DNA of 64,000 nucleotides. Origin: Perkinsus chesapeaki ATCC PRA-425. Taxonomy: Eukaryota > Protista > Perkinsozoa. How positions within the stretch are numbered: the stretch's first letter is position 1; each line of letters opens with the position of its first letter. The stretch spans positions 1-64,000 of the forward strand of contig JAAPAO010000019.1 of the NCBI GenBank assembly GCA_013115145.1, written 5' to 3'. The position numbers and the translations under genes were made by a program. The notes under the pieces are model-generated. The model searched no databases. It was not told where the DNA came from and saw only the letters and a list, made by a program, of their open reading frames with translations. Positions 60,902 through 64,000 of this stretch are shown in pieces.

Positions 60902-63900
60902 CTGACACTTTTATTGTTGCGCTCCAGTATCTTGATGAAAATAATATCGCCCCGTGTTGTCATTCAAATCAACTGCCACAGGGGATTTCCAAGAAAAAAC
61001 CGAAGAAGCAATGTCACTAGGTATCTTTGCACTTGTGCCATTCACACTCAATCGTTTTCCATTTTCACTTCAATTATAAAATTGCCGCTGTTTATGTTAC
61101 TACAGTGACTAAACTACTATCATTGCTCTAACACACTATGAACGAGAATTCATGGCTGACTGTTCTAGCCACCGTGATAGAACTCAATGTCAGACACTCT
61201 GACTCAGACTTGGTTATGTAACGCTCCGTCCATCGCTTGACTATATCGATCAGTATGGTTAGCGCCAACTTGTGTGACTGGCAGTTTCACGGTTTCGGTT
61301 TGCCGAGGAACAAGCTGAGGCCAGTACTCTGAACTATTGTATATCGGAATGTTCTTAGTGAAGTAGAACTGTATTGTTGTTATTTGCAGTAATTTCCCCA
61401 ATACTTTCCGATCTCCCTACGATCTCCCTAACGGTCTCTTACGATCGTATCTGCGGCTCCACATCAACTATATTGGTATGTCCTATATTAGCATCAACTA
61501 TTTCGTTATAGATCCGGAGGTGTTACGTTATTGAGTCATCATGGTTATCTATTCCAGTACAGTTAAAGAAGATGGACTTCAAGTTTGGGGATGATAAGAG
61601 TCGCTTCTCAAACACAAGTGAGAGACGAGACAACTAAGGTGGAAGAAACCCCAGAATCGTAAAACCCTCAGCCCGGACTAGAAGCCAGGACTTGACTATC
61701 AAGCACAATTGATAAGGCTTCATTAGTTCCCCGCAGCTATGGAGAGGCCCACGCTGAAATGATTAGAAAGGGCCGTGCTCCACTGATGGACCATCAGTGG
61801 AGCGCGGCCATCAGTGATGGTGGTACACGTGCGGTGTGAGGTGTGCGCTCCAGCGCAGTGTACGGAGACTCGTGAACCATTGTACGATTTTCCGGTGTTT
61901 ATACTCATACACATATTTGTGCATGCGTGCTGAGCCCCTTGCGCGGTCACTTGCCTAGAGCATTAGGTTAGATTAAGGACAGGAGTGAGTTGAGCTTCTG
62001 GTTCTTACTAGCCTGAAACTTAGGCCAGAGCTTAAGTTAGTAGACTGTGTTGAGGTTTACTAGCCGCTAGTGGTTATACTTCGTACGTTAGTAACGTAGT
62101 TGAAGGTCTGGTTACGGCAGTTGTCTATAGAGTTAGGCATTGTGTTCACTAGTAACTATGGTGTTGACACGTAGCGGCAAGAGTTCCAATGAGGATATAG
62201 ACTTACCGAATCGTATCATCTCGAGTGAGAGAATAACTAAGGTTAGGAAGCGTTCCTCGGGACGTATTCGTGCTAAGATATCGAGTCCTGTTCTGAGTGA
62301 TCCCAGTCCTTTTCCCCTCTGCGGTTGTCTTCGCCAACTGGGAATTTGCTTCCGCCTATGATTCCAGATCACCGCATCGCGCAGAGAACCGCAATCCTGT
62401 ACTCACCACTACTACGTGCTCTTATGTATGATAAGCCATAAAGACGATATGAGCGGCACATGTGGCAAACCACCGGGGGGTATTCAGAAGCTCTTGGAAA
62501 TGAATAGTTACGACCCTCATTACGGGCCTACTCGGCTTCACCTCTCTCCCACTCACTGACCAAGTCTGACAGCTTGCTTATAACAGGCTGTGTTGAGGCT
62601 CTGTTAACAGAGCCGTGAATCGTGCTCCAACATGCCGACGTTCCTTATCTCGTGATGTGAACTCAGGGATCCTAATTCCTGGTCGTCTGTATTTTGCTGA
62701 TACTACTGCTTGCCTATCTACAGTATAACAGTTATATGGTATAGCCTATATTTTACATTAATTTGTTGCATGAATCGGTGTTGAGTAGGGCTGATGGGTT
62801 GACTAGACATGTGATAAGGGAAGGGCCGGTATGCGGATCACGCTCTCATGAATCTCACTCACCATTTAATAAATGGCATTTATGGATTCATCCCGTGTAT
62901 CTCTAATAATTTATTACTAGAGATTTTCGAATTTAGATCACGTACTCCAAATCATGGGTTTTTGAGGATGAGGGGCGTATGTGGTAGTGATTCAGGAATG
63001 AGAGCCACTGGTTCAACTCACTCCCTGACTAAACAAGTGAGTGTTCACGTAGTTGACCGAGTCGTTCAAGCGATCGTAGCATTCACAAGTTGTGACAACT
63101 ACTTTGGCCACCTGAGTTGGGGGCTCTTACTGCGGCCAGAGCAGCTAGCTGCCCTCATAGCGATTGTAGCCATTTGAGGGTAGCTCATTTGAGAACGCAC
63201 GCTAATTTTATGATCTATACTAAGAATTTCATAAACTATGAACTTCATAGTTTTGTCTCTTCGCCATGCTTGAGGTTACGTCATGACTGCTGTCTCACGA
63301 GAACAGACCACACATCCACGAGAGCAGGGCTTCGGCTAAGCCGAGTCGGCTTGCGCTTCAGCACGCTGCCCTTTTAACATCAAAACTCGTATTGTGTGTC
63401 TCCGTTACTATGTAATACGTAGTATTTATTTACACTAGTTCTTTACACGTAGCAAGAAGGGTGTTGATGAATATGGAAGTCCTCCAATCGCCGCTAGTAT
63501 GCTCTGCGGCTCAGACCTGTCCAGATTCGATATGCACCGAGAGCTGCCTTTCCTAGGGGGAATGAAAATCATTCCGAGGTCCAGTTTTCTCGGTTCAACC
63601 GTGTATTCGTGGAAGAGTGGAGTGTCTTCTTGTAGCCAGACGCGGTAACAGCGTCCTCAACGGCCACTGCGGCGTAACGTATGCTAGAACCGGGCTTATG
63701 TGTGCTGCGTTTTGGTACTATCAGGCAGCCACATGCCGGCTGTGTAATTGCACGCGTAGTGGAGTGGAAGAGGGTGTGCGTGCCGAGTTCAACAAGCGTG
63801 CTCTACAAGGCTGTTATACTTCCGCTCATTCATGGTAAGCAACAGTATCTTCGGTGTTATCTTGGGTCTATTGAGTATACTCTACGTGGTTGTTGGTGAC

Positions 63901-64000
63901 ATTCAATTGGAGCGTTTCTTCGAGGATCCTCCAGGTTGTGCCTCCCAGAATCTTCCTACTTACCGTTGCTTTTACGCATCTAAGAACCCCTCCGGCTCTC

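Noticed and set aside
61000-64000. Possible genes at the right end, and in 140-1560, 9950-10700, 42200-43930, 46100-47200 and 58000-59300
   Set aside because: Exon-like fragments exist, but I could not build a consistent model or recognise a domain; left unannotated rather than called non-coding.

Overview
Eukaryotic genomic DNA, not prokaryotic. Genes are densely packed and broken by many very short (about 39-50 nt) GT-AG introns, so the ORF track shows mostly fragments. Gene style and content (FKBP-TPR-cyclophilin fusion, intronless lineage-specific secreted proteins, tiny introns) suggest a perkinsid-like alveolate; this is inference. Genes reconstructed by hand: RlmI-family methyltransferase, LPCAT-type acyltransferase, Rap1-type Myb protein, two tandem double-SpoVS (Alba-like) units, FrnE/DsbA oxidoreductase, YchF/OLA1 ATPase, Nova-like KH protein, a coiled-coil protein, DPH1, FKBP-TPR-cyclophilin, an E2 enzyme with a probable MGCxxS N-terminus and C-terminal UIM, USP-domain gene(s), alpha-SNAP, a kinesin and four secreted proteins. 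Non-coding items: a TA-flanked MITE, a decayed RTE-like LINE, a tRNA-like relic, minisatellites, two N gaps and several palindromes. The most striking observation is the four-fold SpoVS repeat locus directly downstream of a Rap1-like Myb gene. All family assignments come from motif recognition by eye; no searches were run, and exon boundaries and start codons are manual and approximate.
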